DNA of 63,327 nucleotides, counting the filler, from Octopus bimaculoides (Eukaryota), in assembly GCF_001194135.2 (NCBI RefSeq). It is 6 parts of 5 records of this genome, joined end to end, with 100 filler letters (N's around TTAATTAATTAA, not from the genome) between each part and the next. Parts side by side here need not be neighbours in the genome. Positions count along the whole stretch, not along the records: positions 1 to 15,847 come from NC_068982.1; positions 15,948 to 37,743 come from NC_068982.1; 4 more parts are not named here. One strand, written 5' to 3'. This document shows, piece by piece, positions 13,575 through 26,212 of this stretch. The translations under genes were made by a program, and so were the position numbers. Every line of letters starts with the position of its first letter. Position 1 is the stretch's first letter. The notes beneath the pieces were generated by a model. The model was given only the letters and a program-made list of their open reading frames with translations, was not told the origin of the DNA and did no database searches.

Positions 13575-13715
13575 ACCAGTTGGCAGAGATTGTTATAGCG
13601 ACGCGTCGGACAAAATGCTTAGTCGCATTTTCTCGTCTTTAGGTTCCGAGTTCTAATTCCTCAACGGTCGACTTTGCCTTTCAGTCTTTCGGAGTCGATT
13701 AAATAAGTATCATTT
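13575..13715 (+). mobile_element. SINE family A, 3'-truncated
   Basis: Homology to other copies. Confidence 0.75.
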
Positions 13716-13974
13716 GAGTACTTCTGTATTTAATTACTAGTGTAATTTCACATGTTGAGTCTATAGTAGGATAATTTTAAAAGGAAAATAATATTTTCAC
13801 TCCCCTCTTTATGAATCTTGGACTGATGAAGCAATTTGTCTTTAACAAAAGGTACAAGATCACTTCAAGTACCTTTTTTTACTGCATCAACGTAAATACA
13901 TCAACGATACTAATTTTTCCGAAATATATGAAAAAATTTAAAATTCCTGCTAAGTGTAGTTATTCTTTTGTACT

Positions 13975-14389
13975 CTAGACACAAGGCCCGAAATTTGGGG
14001 GGATGGCGCCTGTCAATTAGATGAACTCCAGTACGCAACTGGTACTTAATTTATCGACCCCGAAAGGATGAAAGGCAAAGTCGAACTCGGCGGAATTTGA
14101 ACTCAGAACGTAAAGACAGACGAAATACCGCTAAGTATTTTTACCTGACGTGCTAACGTTTCTTATTTCTTTACTGCCCACAAGGGCCTACACACAGACG
14201 GGACAAACAAGAACAGACAAACGGATTAAGTTGATTACATCGACTCCAGTGCGTAAATGGTACTTAATTTATCGACCCCGAAAGGCAAAGTCAACCTCGG
14301 CGGAATTTGAACTCAGAACGTAAAGACAGACGAAATACCGCTAAGTATTTTCACCCGGCGTGCTAACGTTTCTGCAAGTTCGCCGCCTT
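13975..14389 (-). mobile_element. Two abutting SINE family A copies (13975-14160 and 14161-14389) with different tail types
   Basis: Two near-identical GGCGGAATTTGAACTCAGAACGTAAAGACAGACGAAATACCGCTAAG segments ~200 bp apart. Confidence 0.88.
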
Positions 14390-14709
14390 GCTAATTGCAG
14401 TTATTAATAACTTCTTCAGTAATAAGAAAACAGTTATGAAGAGTTGATAAAAAGATACTCAATGACTTTGGAAATATAAGAGCCAATATGAAAAGGATGA
14501 TAGTTTTTCACTAAAATACTTCACGATGGCCTCACTAGCCTGAGCATACTCACTAGCATGCTCAATAATGAACTACTTCCTTCCAATCCAAACAACATTT
14601 TATTCTCTTCTTTGTGAAAAGTGTATCATATCTTTATTTATAAAATTATTTCTATATTTTAATTTTGTACACGGCTAGTGAAATAGAAAAGTAATACAAA
14701 ATGATAATA

Positions 14710-14925
14710 CCAATATGAGCGTAAAAGTACTCTTCTTCCGTAACCGATTGGACAGATTTCCAAATAAATTTGGAAATATCAAGGACAACCAAGTTGAGAG
14801 ATTCTAGCTGGATATAAGTGGAAGGTATCAGGAAAGTTGAGACGAAGACACGATGACCAAATGCCGCTGGAACATTCAACGTGGATGTCCTAATAAACCA
14901 CACAAAAGAAAATTTTGGAAACAAC
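14710..14925 (+). pseudogene. Fragment of a Chapaev-like (CMC group) DNA transposase C-terminus
   Basis: Translates NMSVKVLFFRNRLDRFPNKFGNIKDNQVERF*LDISGRYQES*DEDTMTKCRWNIQRGCP, resembling the MSxKxHFLHSHLDxFPENLGxxSxEQGERFHQDI..RYQGxW...MxDYCW motif; family assignment from memory. Confidence 0.65.
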
Positions 14926-15193
14926 GTTTTCTTTTGAAGGAGTGATGGATATATTTTTATATAATTAATTAACTAATGTTGTATCATCTTGTATATTATG
15001 ACTGCATAAGATGTCATGCGACTCTCAGTGTCACCATTTGTTTTTATGATATCTCTGAGTGATATATATTATAACAATCCAGCAACTGATGAACCGTTTA
15101 TAATTGATATATCACTCAAAGGTATTACATAAACAAATGAGGAAACTTGAAGTAGAAAATTCTGGACGTTCTCTCTTTCACTAACCTCTCTCT

Positions 15194-15282
<89 letters not shown>

Positions 15283-15322
15283 TTATCTCTCCCTCTCTCG
15301 CTATCTCTCCCTCTCTCTCTAC

Positions 15323-15369
<47 letters not shown>

Positions 15370-15473
15370 TGTATGTAGGTGTACATATACAGGCATACAT
15401 GTATGTATTTATAAATGGATATAAATATACTGCATACGCATACACAATACTCACACACACTCTTTCTTTCCCG

Positions 15474-15552
<79 letters not shown>

Positions 15553-15807
15553 TCACATAATTACATACACAAATACATCCATCCATACATACATACATAC
15601 TTACATACATACGTGCATACGTATAAGAATCCAACGAAGCATCACAGTGATCAGCATTGACCTGGGCTAAAAGACAAAACCAACGACAAATATAAAATCA
15701 TGTATGTCCGATGAAAATGTGTGCGTGCATATGTACCTGTGGCCTGTCTGTACATATGTGTGTATGAGTGTATATGCGCGCGTGCGTGTGTGCGTGTGGA
15801 TGTGTGG

Positions 15808-15847
<40 letters not shown>

Positions 15848-15947
15848 NNNNNNNNNNNNNNNNNNNNNNNNNNNNNNNNNNNNNNNNNNNNTTAATTAAT
15901 TAANNNNNNNNNNNNNNNNNNNNNNNNNNNNNNNNNNNNNNNNNNNN
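15848..15947. other. 100-bp assembly linker (N44-TTAATTAATTAA-N44)
   Basis: Same construct five times in the window; stops in all six frames. Confidence 0.95.
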
Positions 15948-16229
15948 CGATGTAATCGACTTAATCCCTCCCCCGAATTTGCTGGCTGTTGTGGCGGACA
16001 CCCCGAAATGGGCTGTTCCACTACTGATAAACAGTGGACAGACACAACAAGCAGGGTCGGCCAGTGTGGTATTTTTGTGTCGTGTTGTGCTTTGTTGAAG
16101 ATACCGCGCAGGTGAGCCATGTTTTGTTGAATTTGTTAAGTACTGTTGCTGTTTTTGCCTGCGGGCCTGTTAAATTTTGTGTTTGTCTTCTTCCCCGTTT
16201 TGGGGTGAAGTGACTGAAAAAGGGTAAAA

Positions 16230-16975
16230 ATGGAGTGTGAACCGGTTCCAGCACGTGCCGGAAGTTGTGCTTCAGCAGCTGGGAGGGGTGCAGATTCGCT
16301 GGAAGTGCAAGAAATGAGAGTTGAGTGGAAGAGGTTGAAGGAGCACTGCAAGCTGATTCGGAGGGAAGGATCCAATTTGGAGCTGACCCTTCCACAGGAG
16401 GTGGCAGCAAGTGCCGGGGCAAGAACGGTGGTGTGCAGAACTCTGTCGACAACCACAGGGAGAATGGGGATGGCTGCGGAGGAGGCAATTGAAAAGTGTC
16501 TGAAGGAACTTGGGCACCTCACAACATTCTATACAAGAGGCAGAAAATACGGCACAGTGGAGGTGAGATTTGCTAACGAAGAGGAGGCAATAAATCACTC
16601 CACTGTGACGCTAAAGTCGGGAAAATGGCTACTCCTACCTACCTACTGCGGCAAAAGGGCCGCCAGAGTGAGAATAGGTAGAGTACCACCAGAAATCACT
16701 TAAGCGTGGCTGGTGGCAGCCGTAATGCACAAAACTGAGCAAGACGCCAAAATTCTAAAGGTGACAAGGACAAAGAAAGTAAGTTGATGGGGATACAGGC
16801 TAGAAATGGTCATCCAGGTCGGACAACAAGATCTAAATGAAATTGCTGAAGAAATAATACTACTGGAGGATATAAGGTTGAGAGTGGTGGTAGAAAGAAG
16901 GCCACCAACTTGCTATCAATGCGGCGAAAAAAGGTCATATTAGAAAAAAGTGTCCCCAGAAAGAAAATAAAAACG
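16230..16975 (+). pseudogene. ORF1 (gag-like) of the Tx1-type element, interrupted by stops and a frameshift
   Basis: RGRKYGTVEVRF..LLPTYCGKRAARVRIGRVPPEI*, then RVVVERRPPTCYQCGEK/GHIRKKCP (CX2CX4HX4C across a 1-nt frameshift). Confidence 0.82.
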
Positions 16976-17457
16976 AGGAAAGCCAACAGGAGAAGAATGC
17001 CGAAGTGGCGGACCTAGGAAAATGAAAAATGCACGAAAGTGGAAGAACCGTTTACGGAGGTAACCAAAAAAAAAGAAAAAAAAAAGAAAGAAAAGACTCC
17101 GAAGAGTCCNNNNNNNNNNNNNNNNNNNNNNNNNNNNNNNNNNNNNNNNNNNNNNNNNNNNNNNNNNNNNNNNNNNNNNNNNNNNNNNNNNNNNNNNNNN
17201 NNNNNNNNNNNNNNNNNNNNNNNNNNNNNNNNNNNNNNNNNNNNNNNNNNNNNNNNNNNNNNNNNNNNNNNNNNNNNNNNNNNNNNNNNNNNNNNNNNNN
17301 NNNNNNNNNNNNNNNNNNNNNNNNNNNNNNNNNNNNNNNNNNNNNNNNNNNNNNNNNNNNNNNNNNNNNNNNNNNNNNNNNNNNNNNNNNNNNNNNNNNN
17401 NNNNNNNNNNNNNNNNNNNNNNNNNNNNNNNNNNNNNNNNNNNNNNNNNNNNNNNNN

Positions 17458-18020
17458 CCTGGATGGTGAGCAGGTGTAGTCACCGCACGTGAGGTTTTTC
17501 TTCCCTCGATTGACATCCCTACGGAATATTGGTCCATGAATCAAGCGTAGACCTAGGCAGGGCGAGTGGCAGTTAGAGTGTCGACAGGCACTCCCGGGTA
17601 GGCAATACCGGCTGCAGGAGTTCCACAACGGATTTCTATAGCGGGCTGGTAGAGTTTATGTCAAACGATGTCCTGGGAGAGACTCTGGGCGTCGATGGAA
17701 GTCAGTTGATTAACCTGTGTAGGAGAACCTTTGGACCGGGGTATCTGGATAATTACCAGAAATCCCTGGCCTGGTTATCTTATCAATCAGCTTTACCTGT
17801 TCGAGAGAGGTTATCGAGGCACGGTCGTGCCGTCCCACCGACATGCCTGAGGTGTGGACAGAGCAGTGAAACTGTCCTGCATGCCTTCGACAGTGTACGG
17901 AATCAACGAGACTGATAACCTTTGCTGAACAACTGGGAAGAGTACAGCTATCAGCTGAGTCTATTATAAAGATTGTGCTACCTCCCTCCTTTAACAGAGA
18001 GAGGCAGGCCTGTTTTTTTT
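17458..18020 (+). pseudogene. C-terminal part of ORF2 of the Tx1-type element (zf-RVT region)
   Basis: Includes supplied ORF 17658-17915: YLDNYQKSLAWLSYQSALPVRERLSRHGRAVPPTCLRCGQSSETVLHAF. Confidence 0.8.
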
Positions 18021-18024
18021 GCGT

Positions 18025-18210
18025 AGTTTGGGGGAGGGGCCAAGTCGATTAAATCGGCCCCAGTGCTCAGCTGGTACTTATTTTATCGATCCCAAAATGA
18101 TGAAAGGCAAAGCCGACCTCAGTAGAAATTGAACTCAGGACGTACAGAGCAACGAAATGCCTCTAAGCATTTTGCCCAGTGTGTTAACGATTCTACCAGC
18201 TCACCGCCTT
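18025..18210 (-). mobile_element. SINE family A
   Basis: Homology to other copies. Confidence 0.85.
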
Positions 18211-18799
18211 CAAGATTATTAATGATATTGAAACCCTCCTGGTCTCTTATACAGTACTTAAAAAAAAAAACGCGACATTCTAAGCAAATTGCATTAATGT
18301 ACATTTTTACCAAGCTGAAATCACCCATTAAGTCTGCAAGTCAGCCTGTAACTGAAGTTCCTCTTGGTGTTTCTGTTACAGACATTGTTCGGTGTTCGAA
18401 ATCTCTTTCTCCTACTTTTCCTGATGACATTAACTTAGAAGAATATCAAAGTCATGAAGCGAATCTTTATTTTTGTCAAATTATGTTTTTCACTAATTTT
18501 TAACGTGTTTAAGTGATTCTAAGCTGAACAGGTATTCTATATTATGATACTGAACCCTGGATTTGGAAACGAATGACTGTCAGTTTGTATTGTGAGAGTC
18601 AATGGAAAAAATGCGCTTCAATTAATAAGTTTTGATGTAAGAGTAAATTACGTTCTTGAGCGCTTTCTCAAGAACGGACACTCGCTCGGTAGACAGGGAA
18701 GAGTTATGCATGTGCGTGTGTGTCCGTGCGTATTTGTATATGTGAGTACTTATGTGTGTGTGCGTACACACGCATACGTGTCTGAGTGCGTATGTCCAC

Positions 18800-19020
18800 G
18801 TCTTGACACCACGTCATAGTTGTAAAATGAGCATTCCTGCCATACAATCGGTGTCCAGTTTTACGTGAAAACATATCCAGCCACATGAGATATTGCCTTG
18901 CTAGAAAACATGTAAGAGTTGGCAACAGGAAGAGTATCTGACCATAGAAAAATCTGCCTCAACGAATTCCGTCTGATCCACGCAAACATAAAATGTTGTC
19001 TTTAAAATAATGATGAAAAC
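18800..19020 (+). mobile_element. Repeat family E, 3' part (GGCAACAGGAAGAGTATC..., TGA-repeat tail); LINE-tail or SINE-like
   Basis: Loose similarity to the reverse complement of 61245-61400. Confidence 0.5.
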
Positions 19021-19956
19021 GATAACGAGGTGCTTATGACGCTCCCACAGTTAGGCTATATCGTTAGTGGTATACTATGACTAATCCAAATTTTACTATG
19101 ACGTTGGGGCAAGTAAGTTGATACAGTGCTTGATTATTTCTGTGAGCCGATGCTTGTCAGAACGCCCGATATTGTTTCTGTTCTATGATCTTCAGCTGTA
19201 ATTAAGGATGTGCTGCAGAAGAATTAGCAGGATACAGTTGCTGTCAAATGAGGACACAAGCGAACTTAAGAACCCAGTTCTTTGCAAGTCGACCCCGTTT
19301 ACGTATACACAAACACACACGCACATACACGCAGATATATATCATGGGGAAGTTTGTGTAGAGCACATTGACAGCTACGGGAGTGGTGTGACGAGAGAAA
19401 AAGGTAGCTATACTCTGGTTGGAAGATGTTGTAGAAAGGACGTCTAGCTGGCTCTGAAACAAACGGAACTGAGCTGGAAGCCAAGGACATTGATTGACCA
19501 TTAATGTTATGCGGCAACTGGAGGGTGTTGTGGTTTAGAACCTAAACACTCGAGGGAACTTGGCCACGACCTAGCAAGTTCTCCTGGCTGAAAATTACAG
19601 TCATGAGTAACTGACTACATCTGCTTGCTCTCTAGTTGATGTATCTGATCNNNNNNNNNNNNNNNNNNNNNNNNNNNNNNNNNNNNNNNNNNNNNNNNNN
19701 NNNNNNNNNNNNNNNNNNNNNNNNNNNNNNNNNNNNNNNNNNNNNNNNNNNNNNNNNNNNNNNNNNNNNNNNNNNNNNNNNNNNNNNNNNNNNNNNNNNN
19801 NNNNNNNNNNNNNNNNNNNNNNNNNNNNNNNNNNNNNNNNNNNNNNNNNNNNNNNNNNNNNNNNNNNNNNNNNNNNNNNNNNNNNNNNNNNNNNNNNGTG
19901 TGTGTGTGTCTGTGTATGTGTGTGTGTGTTTATATCTGTACGTGTTGTACACACAC

Positions 19957-20002
<46 letters not shown>

Positions 20003-20984
20003 TATATATCGATATACTTACATATATACATGCACATACATTCGTACGTATACACACACACACACACACACTTATATGTGTATATATACACAATCATGTT
20101 TCATACACTTGTATGTTTCAAAGATTGAAACCAGCAAACGATTTATAAAATTGTACATATTACACACCTCAACATAACGGATATTTAATTAACCAATTTG
20201 GTACAACATAAGGGCCAGACCGAATTAAGGGAATTTTAACCAAAGATAACCAAAGATAACTGAAACCCAACATGAGAAAAAAATTGCCATGTTTTCGGTT
20301 GCTAAGTTCGTTATTCTCTCTAGTGGTTATAATTCAAAAATTATTATACAGTAAGTCTAAATATATAGAATTAGAGTGTGCGAATGTTTTTGTGTAGGAG
20401 TGCGTTCGTGTGTTTATGGCGAGTGTTATAGTACAAGCAATAGGCCAATAAGCTCAGTCTATACTGAGGTTGGCAAAGAAATTAGATTATTAAGCGCGCT
20501 TTAGATATTATAATTACTCTTGTAATTCCCTAGGTAAACGCATCGACCTCACGAATTCCAAGACCCCTTTTGAAGTCAAGGGAGATGTTCATGCCGGCTT
20601 TTTGGATCATAGAAACTAAAAGGATCAAAATAATTAAACAGCATTTATACACACACACTCACAAACACACACGTACACGCAAACACACACATACACACGC
20701 ACACACGAGCGCGCACGCGTTAGTAACGTACGAAAAAGTGTACATACAGCCTAATAGATATGGTTGCTATGACAGCGTTATTCTGTCTACCGTTAAATAA
20801 CTGCTAAAAGAGTTAAGATTTATCATGAAACCATAGGTACCACAGTAGCAAGAATTTTTTTATTAGACGTTCGGCTCTGAAGAAGATACTTTTGGAGTTG
20901 TGGTTCCCTATATTTTTCAGGCGATCAATCGATCGATTGATAAAATTTAACCATGAACACACCCAGATGCATATCACTCTCTCC

Positions 20985-21150
20985 GTCAAATCGATGTTGT
21001 CTCAACAGATGCAGGGTGTACCTCGCGTCAAGTGTCAAAGTGTTTTGCTCAACAACGCAAGGTACCACCAAGTCTAGGAATTGAAATCACCATCGTTAAG
21101 GTGTTGCATCGTGAATGCAACACCTTAACCACTAGGCCACGCACCCTTGC
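20985..21150 (-). mobile_element. SINE family D head (tRNA-derived)
   Basis: Reverse complement GTGCGTGGCCTAGTGGTTAAGGTG...TTTCAATTCC...TTGAGCAAAACACTTT; homologous to 31770-32052. Confidence 0.7.
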
Positions 21151-22207
21151 ACACACGCATGCGCGCGCGCACACACACACACCTAAGATATAAACGTGAT
21201 AGGGATGTACTTAAAACATGTAATTGCGTCAACCAATGCGGACTCAGTATATCTGCAAACTGTATACCTTACTTAACGTGGGTATACTATAAGAAAGCCA
21301 CAACACTGCGTTATTCGTTCAGAAGGCATCTCATCTAGACGTACAGTGCTAAAGTGTACAGAAGTATCAGCAGCAGACGAAAGGTGTCCAGCGGTGAAAT
21401 TGCTAGGTCCCAGGATTTCTGAAAATTCTCGTGCGTCATCGGCAGCAAGTATCCACTATCAACCACATGCTTAGATAAGTTTCGATACAGAAAAATATTA
21501 ATTAATAAATCACTGGTGTCGTAAATAGATATCAGGCAAAAAGCATTATAAAGTATCTATGATGAACAAATGAGGAATCCGCAGATACATTTTCACTGTA
21601 ACTTTAAATAAATATCTGTGGTTATTTAAACACTTGGTTATATATCGAATTGCTTCAGCATGAATCTTGAAAAGCTGGATTTCGCAAAGCCACTAAGAAT
21701 ACAGCTAATTAAGAAATTAGTAGTCAGTAATGGAACTGTGAAAATATGTAAAACATTCTTGAAGCTTAGTTTAAGCAGTACTACGTATAGATGTGAACTA
21801 TAATATAAATATATTTATATCTACACATGCAAAAGTCAAAATTTATGATGATGCGCATGTGTGCATGTGTGCATACATACGAACATGACAAGTTAGTGTT
21901 TAAATTTTAATAAAAGAGCCTTGTTTCCCTGAGTTGGAAAACAGCTTTTTCTGTATTGGCGAGAAAATTTTAAAATGTAACCAGGACAAATTCATACATA
22001 GATATATGCATGCAGACGTACATACATAAACGCATACATATATTATGCAAAAATAATATATATATATATATATCATACTTACACACGCGTAAACATATAT
22101 ACATACATACATTACATAACATATATATACATATACCTATATATATATATATATAGGTATATATACCTTCAGACATTCATGTTTGCAGAGAGAAACCCTA
22201 ACACACA

Positions 22208-22241
<34 letters not shown>

Positions 22242-23362
22242 TGCACAAAAAAATAGAAGAAGCATACTTTCCGCATTTTCATATATAGAAACACACGCAA
22301 GCACGAATTCCGTGTGGCCTATTTTGTTTGTAAATCAGGTACGTTCTTTCAACTTGAAGGAATGCAGTTAAGAAATTACCTGCTACATACAAACATCTCT
22401 CCTCTTTGTTCTCTTTCTCTCTCTCTCGCTCTCTCTCACTCTCTCTCACTCACTATCTTGAACTTCCAGTTCGTCCATTTCCTGTATTCGTTCTTTCTTC
22501 TTACCATCTGTCTGTTTCTCTGGCTGTCCGTCTCATTCTCTCCCCATTCTGTGTACATCTACATAATTATGTTGAGAGACATGTCTCTTGTTCTATGTTA
22601 AAGTTTAATATGAGTCTATTGTATAGTACGATAGAGATCACGGTTTCAGTTTGTTGTAAACGTCTGTTCATTAGTAATGTAGTTGTACACCGTATTTATT
22701 GATAGTAGCATGTAGTTGTGTTTAAGGTAAACTTTTGACACATGTGTATATTATATACAAATACAAGTGTATGTATGTATATATTCATTCACTTTATATA
22801 TATATATATATATATATACAAAATTAATTGCAGAATAAAACCATTAGGTCATCGACTCAAAAAGCCACAACCCACCAATGACCACATATAGGAAGTACAG
22901 CATAAACCACAAAACCAAAGTAGCAAAGGGAAGTAGAAATGTTATACATAAGAATAAAATCGATTAAAAAATATAATAGAATAACATATTTAAATAAACT
23001 ACGATTAAAAAGTGATTAAAAATATTTTATATATATATATATATNNNNNNNNNNNNNNNNNNNNNNNNNNNNNNNNNNNNNNNNNNNNNNNNNNNNNNNN
23101 NNNNNNNNNNNNNNNNNNNNNNNNNNNNNNNNNNNNNNNNNNNNNNNNNNNNNNNNNNNNNNNNNNNNNNNNNNNNNNNNNNNNNNNNNNNNNNNNNNNN
23201 NNNNNNNNNNNNNNNNNNNNNNNNNNNNNNNNNNNNNNNNNNNNNNNNNNNNNNNNNNNNNNNNNNNNNNNNNNNNNNNNNNNNNNNNNNNNNNNNNNNN
23301 NNNNNNNNNNNNNNNNNNNNNNNNNNNNNNNNNNNNNNNNNNNNNNNNNNNNNNNNNNNNNN

Positions 23363-23397
<35 letters not shown>

Positions 23398-23676
23398 TGA
23401 ATACATACAATATATATATGTGTATATATATGTATATATATTTTAAATGACTGATGCGGAAGACGGAGTGTAACTAGAAAATTTACTTAACACAACAATC
23501 GTTTCGACTACCTTCTGCACTGCTCCCTAGTAAATCGGAAACGATGTAATGACATCAGATGTATCGCACAATGAAGAATCCTCATCAGGTGATGTAACAT
23601 GATATATATATCATGCACTTATACAGTCTCTCTCTCTTTCCCTCTCTCTCCCCTTGCATAATATATATATAATATG

Positions 23677-23742
<66 letters not shown>

Positions 23743-25479
23743 NNNNNNNNNNNNNNNNNNNNNNNNNNNNNNNNNNNNNNNNNNNNNNNNNNNNNNNNNN
23801 NNNNNNNNNNNNNNNNNNNNNNNNNNNNNNNNNNNNNNNNNNNNNNNNNNNNNNNNNNNNNNNNNNNNNNNNNNNNNNNNNNNNNNNNNNNNNNNNNNNN
23901 NNNNNNNNNNNNNNNNNNNNNNNNNNNNNNNNNNNNNNNNNNNNNNNNNNNNNNNNNNNNNNNNNNNNNNNNNNNNNNNNNNNNNNNNNNNNNNNNNNNN
24001 NNNNNNNNNNNNNNNNNNNNNNNNNNNNNNNNNNNNNNNNNNNNNNNNNNNNNNNNNNNNNNNNNNNNNNNNNNNNNNNNNNNNNNNNNNNNNNNNNNNN
24101 NNNNNNNNNNNNNNNNNNNNNNNNNNNNNNNNNNNNNNNNNNNNNNNNNNNNNNNNNNNNNNNNNNNNNNNNNNNNNNNNNNNNNNNNNNNNNNNNNNNN
24201 NNNNNNNNNNNNNNNNNNNNNNNNNNNNNNNNNNNNNNNNNNNNNNNNNNNNNNNNNNNNNNNNNNNNNNNNNNNNNNNNNNNNNNNNNNNNNNNNNNNN
24301 NNNNNNNNNNNNNNNNNNNNNNNNNNNNNNNNNNNNNNNNNNNNNNNNNNNNNNNNNNNNNNNNNNNNNNNNNNNNNNNNNNNNNNNNNNNNNNNNNNNN
24401 NNNNNNNNNNNNNNNNNNNNNNNNNNNNNNNNNNNNNNNNNNNNNNNNNNNNNNNNNNNNNNNNNNNNNNNNNNNNNNNNNNNNNNNNNNNNNNNNNNNN
24501 NNNNNNNNNNNNNNNNNNNNNNNNNNNNNNNNNNNNNNNNNNNNNNNNNNNNNNNNNNNNNNNNNNNNNNNNNNNNNNNNNNNNNNNNNNNNNNNNNNNN
24601 NNNNNNNNNNNNNNNNNNNNNNNNNNNNNNNNNNNNNNNNNNNNNNNNNNNNNNNNNNNNNNNNNNNNNNNNNNNNNNNNNNNNNNNNNNNNNNNNNNNN
24701 NNNNNNNNNNNNNNNNNNNNNNNNNNNNNNNNNNNNNNNNNATATATATATATATGTATGTTTGTGTATTGTATGTGTTGTATATGGTATGTGTATGTAT
24801 GTATATATGCATGTATTGGAGGAGAAAAAGAGAAAAATAAAGAGAAAAAGAGTTACAGAGAGGCGTAGACGGGAGATAAAATAAGGGCGACAAAAAGCAA
24901 AGAGAAATATAAGGTATAAGTCAGACAGGATATGAGAAGGATAGGTGATACATTCGATTCGCGGACGTAAAGCTTTAGTTTTTCTGTTTTCTCTCCAACA
25001 TCCTCAAAGATCTCAGATTTCGCGCCTACTGGAGTAACCACTACAGTATATCCTTTTTGAAGGCCTCTATGACATCATAGCAATTTGGTCCGGAACCGGA
25101 TGTACATCATGAAAAATATAAGTCGAGGTAGATGAGGCTGAGATGGAGTAGAAGTATGAGATGGAGTAGTATAGGCGAAGAGGAGAAGGTTAATGGTGTA
25201 CCACCTAAATGAAGACTGAGTACATAAGTATGCATTTGCGCAAATACACCCACAGATGTACATTCGCACATACACACACACACACACGCACACACACACG
25301 TACACACACACACAAGACATTCACGTTACACAAAGTTTCTTTGCATACAGGTCTTATTAGCGAGTAGTGATTAAATATATGTCTCTGTGTGTGTATGTCT
25401 GTGTGTGTGTGTGTGTGTGTGTATGTCTGTGTGTGTGTGTTTATATGTACAAACACACAAACACACACATGCATATATT

Positions 25480-25718
25480 CTTTTATTTTTTTACTTGTTT
25501 CAGTCATTTGATTGCGGCCATGCTGGGGCACCACCTTAAAGGATTTTAGTCGAACAAATCGACCCTAGGACTTATTCTTTGTAAGCCTAGGACTTATTCT
25601 ATCGGTCACTTTTGCTGAACCGCTAAGTAACGGCGACATAAACACACCAGCATCGGTTGTCAAGCGGTGATGGGAGAAGAAACACAGAAACACACACATC
25701 AATACATACATTCATATG

Positions 25719-25767
<49 letters not shown>

Positions 25768-25970
25768 NNNNNNNNNNNNNNNNNNNNNNNNNNNNNNNNN
25801 NNNNNNNNNNNNNNNNNNNNNNNNNNNNNNNNNNNNNNNNNNNNNNNNNNNNNNNNNNNNNNNNNNNNNNNNNNNNNNNNNNNNNNNNNNNNNNNNNNNN
25901 NNNNNNNNNNNNNNNNNNNNNNNNNNNNNNNNNNNNNNNNNNNNNNNNNNNNNNNNNNNNNNNNNNNNNN

Positions 25971-26014
<44 letters not shown>

Positions 26015-26206
26015 ACACACACATATATATATACGTACATATATACGACAGGCTTCTTTCAGTTTCCGTCTACCAAATCCACTTACATGGGTTTGGTCGA
26101 CCCGGCTATAGTAGAAGACACTTGCCCAAGGTGCCACACAGTGGAACTGAACCCGAAACCATGTGGTTGGGAAGCAAGCTTCTTACCGCGCAGCCACGAC
26201 TGCGCC
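25480..26206 (-). mobile_element. SINE family B, full length; internal microsatellite contains assembly gap 25768-25970
   Basis: Tail 25480-25680 and head 26045-26206 both match 3917-4372. Confidence 0.9.
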
Positions 26207-26212
26207 AATATA

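Larger units (their letters stand above)
15980..18020 (+). mobile_element. Tx1/L1-clade non-LTR retrotransposon remnant (middle lost in gap 17110-17457; 3'-truncated)
   Basis: GC-richer 5' UTR, ORF1 with zinc knuckle, ORF2 C-terminus with zf-RVT-like LPVRERLSRHG...TCLRCGQSSETVLHAF. Confidence 0.82.

Noticed and set aside
15892-15903. TTAATTAATTAA as a homeodomain-binding or PacI-like regulatory motif
   Set aside because: Always centred in an exact 100-bp N block, so it is an assembly linker
20534-21460. Open frames GKRIDLTNSKTPFEVKGDVHAGFLDHRN* and the 21330-21460 segment open on both strands
   Set aside because: No homology, consistent phase chain or donor support
24853-25060. Minus-strand ORF GLQKGYTVVVTPVGAKSEIFEDVGEKTEKLKLY with a faint FN3-like look
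   Set aside because: Weak splice sites, and the similarity is too short to support a call
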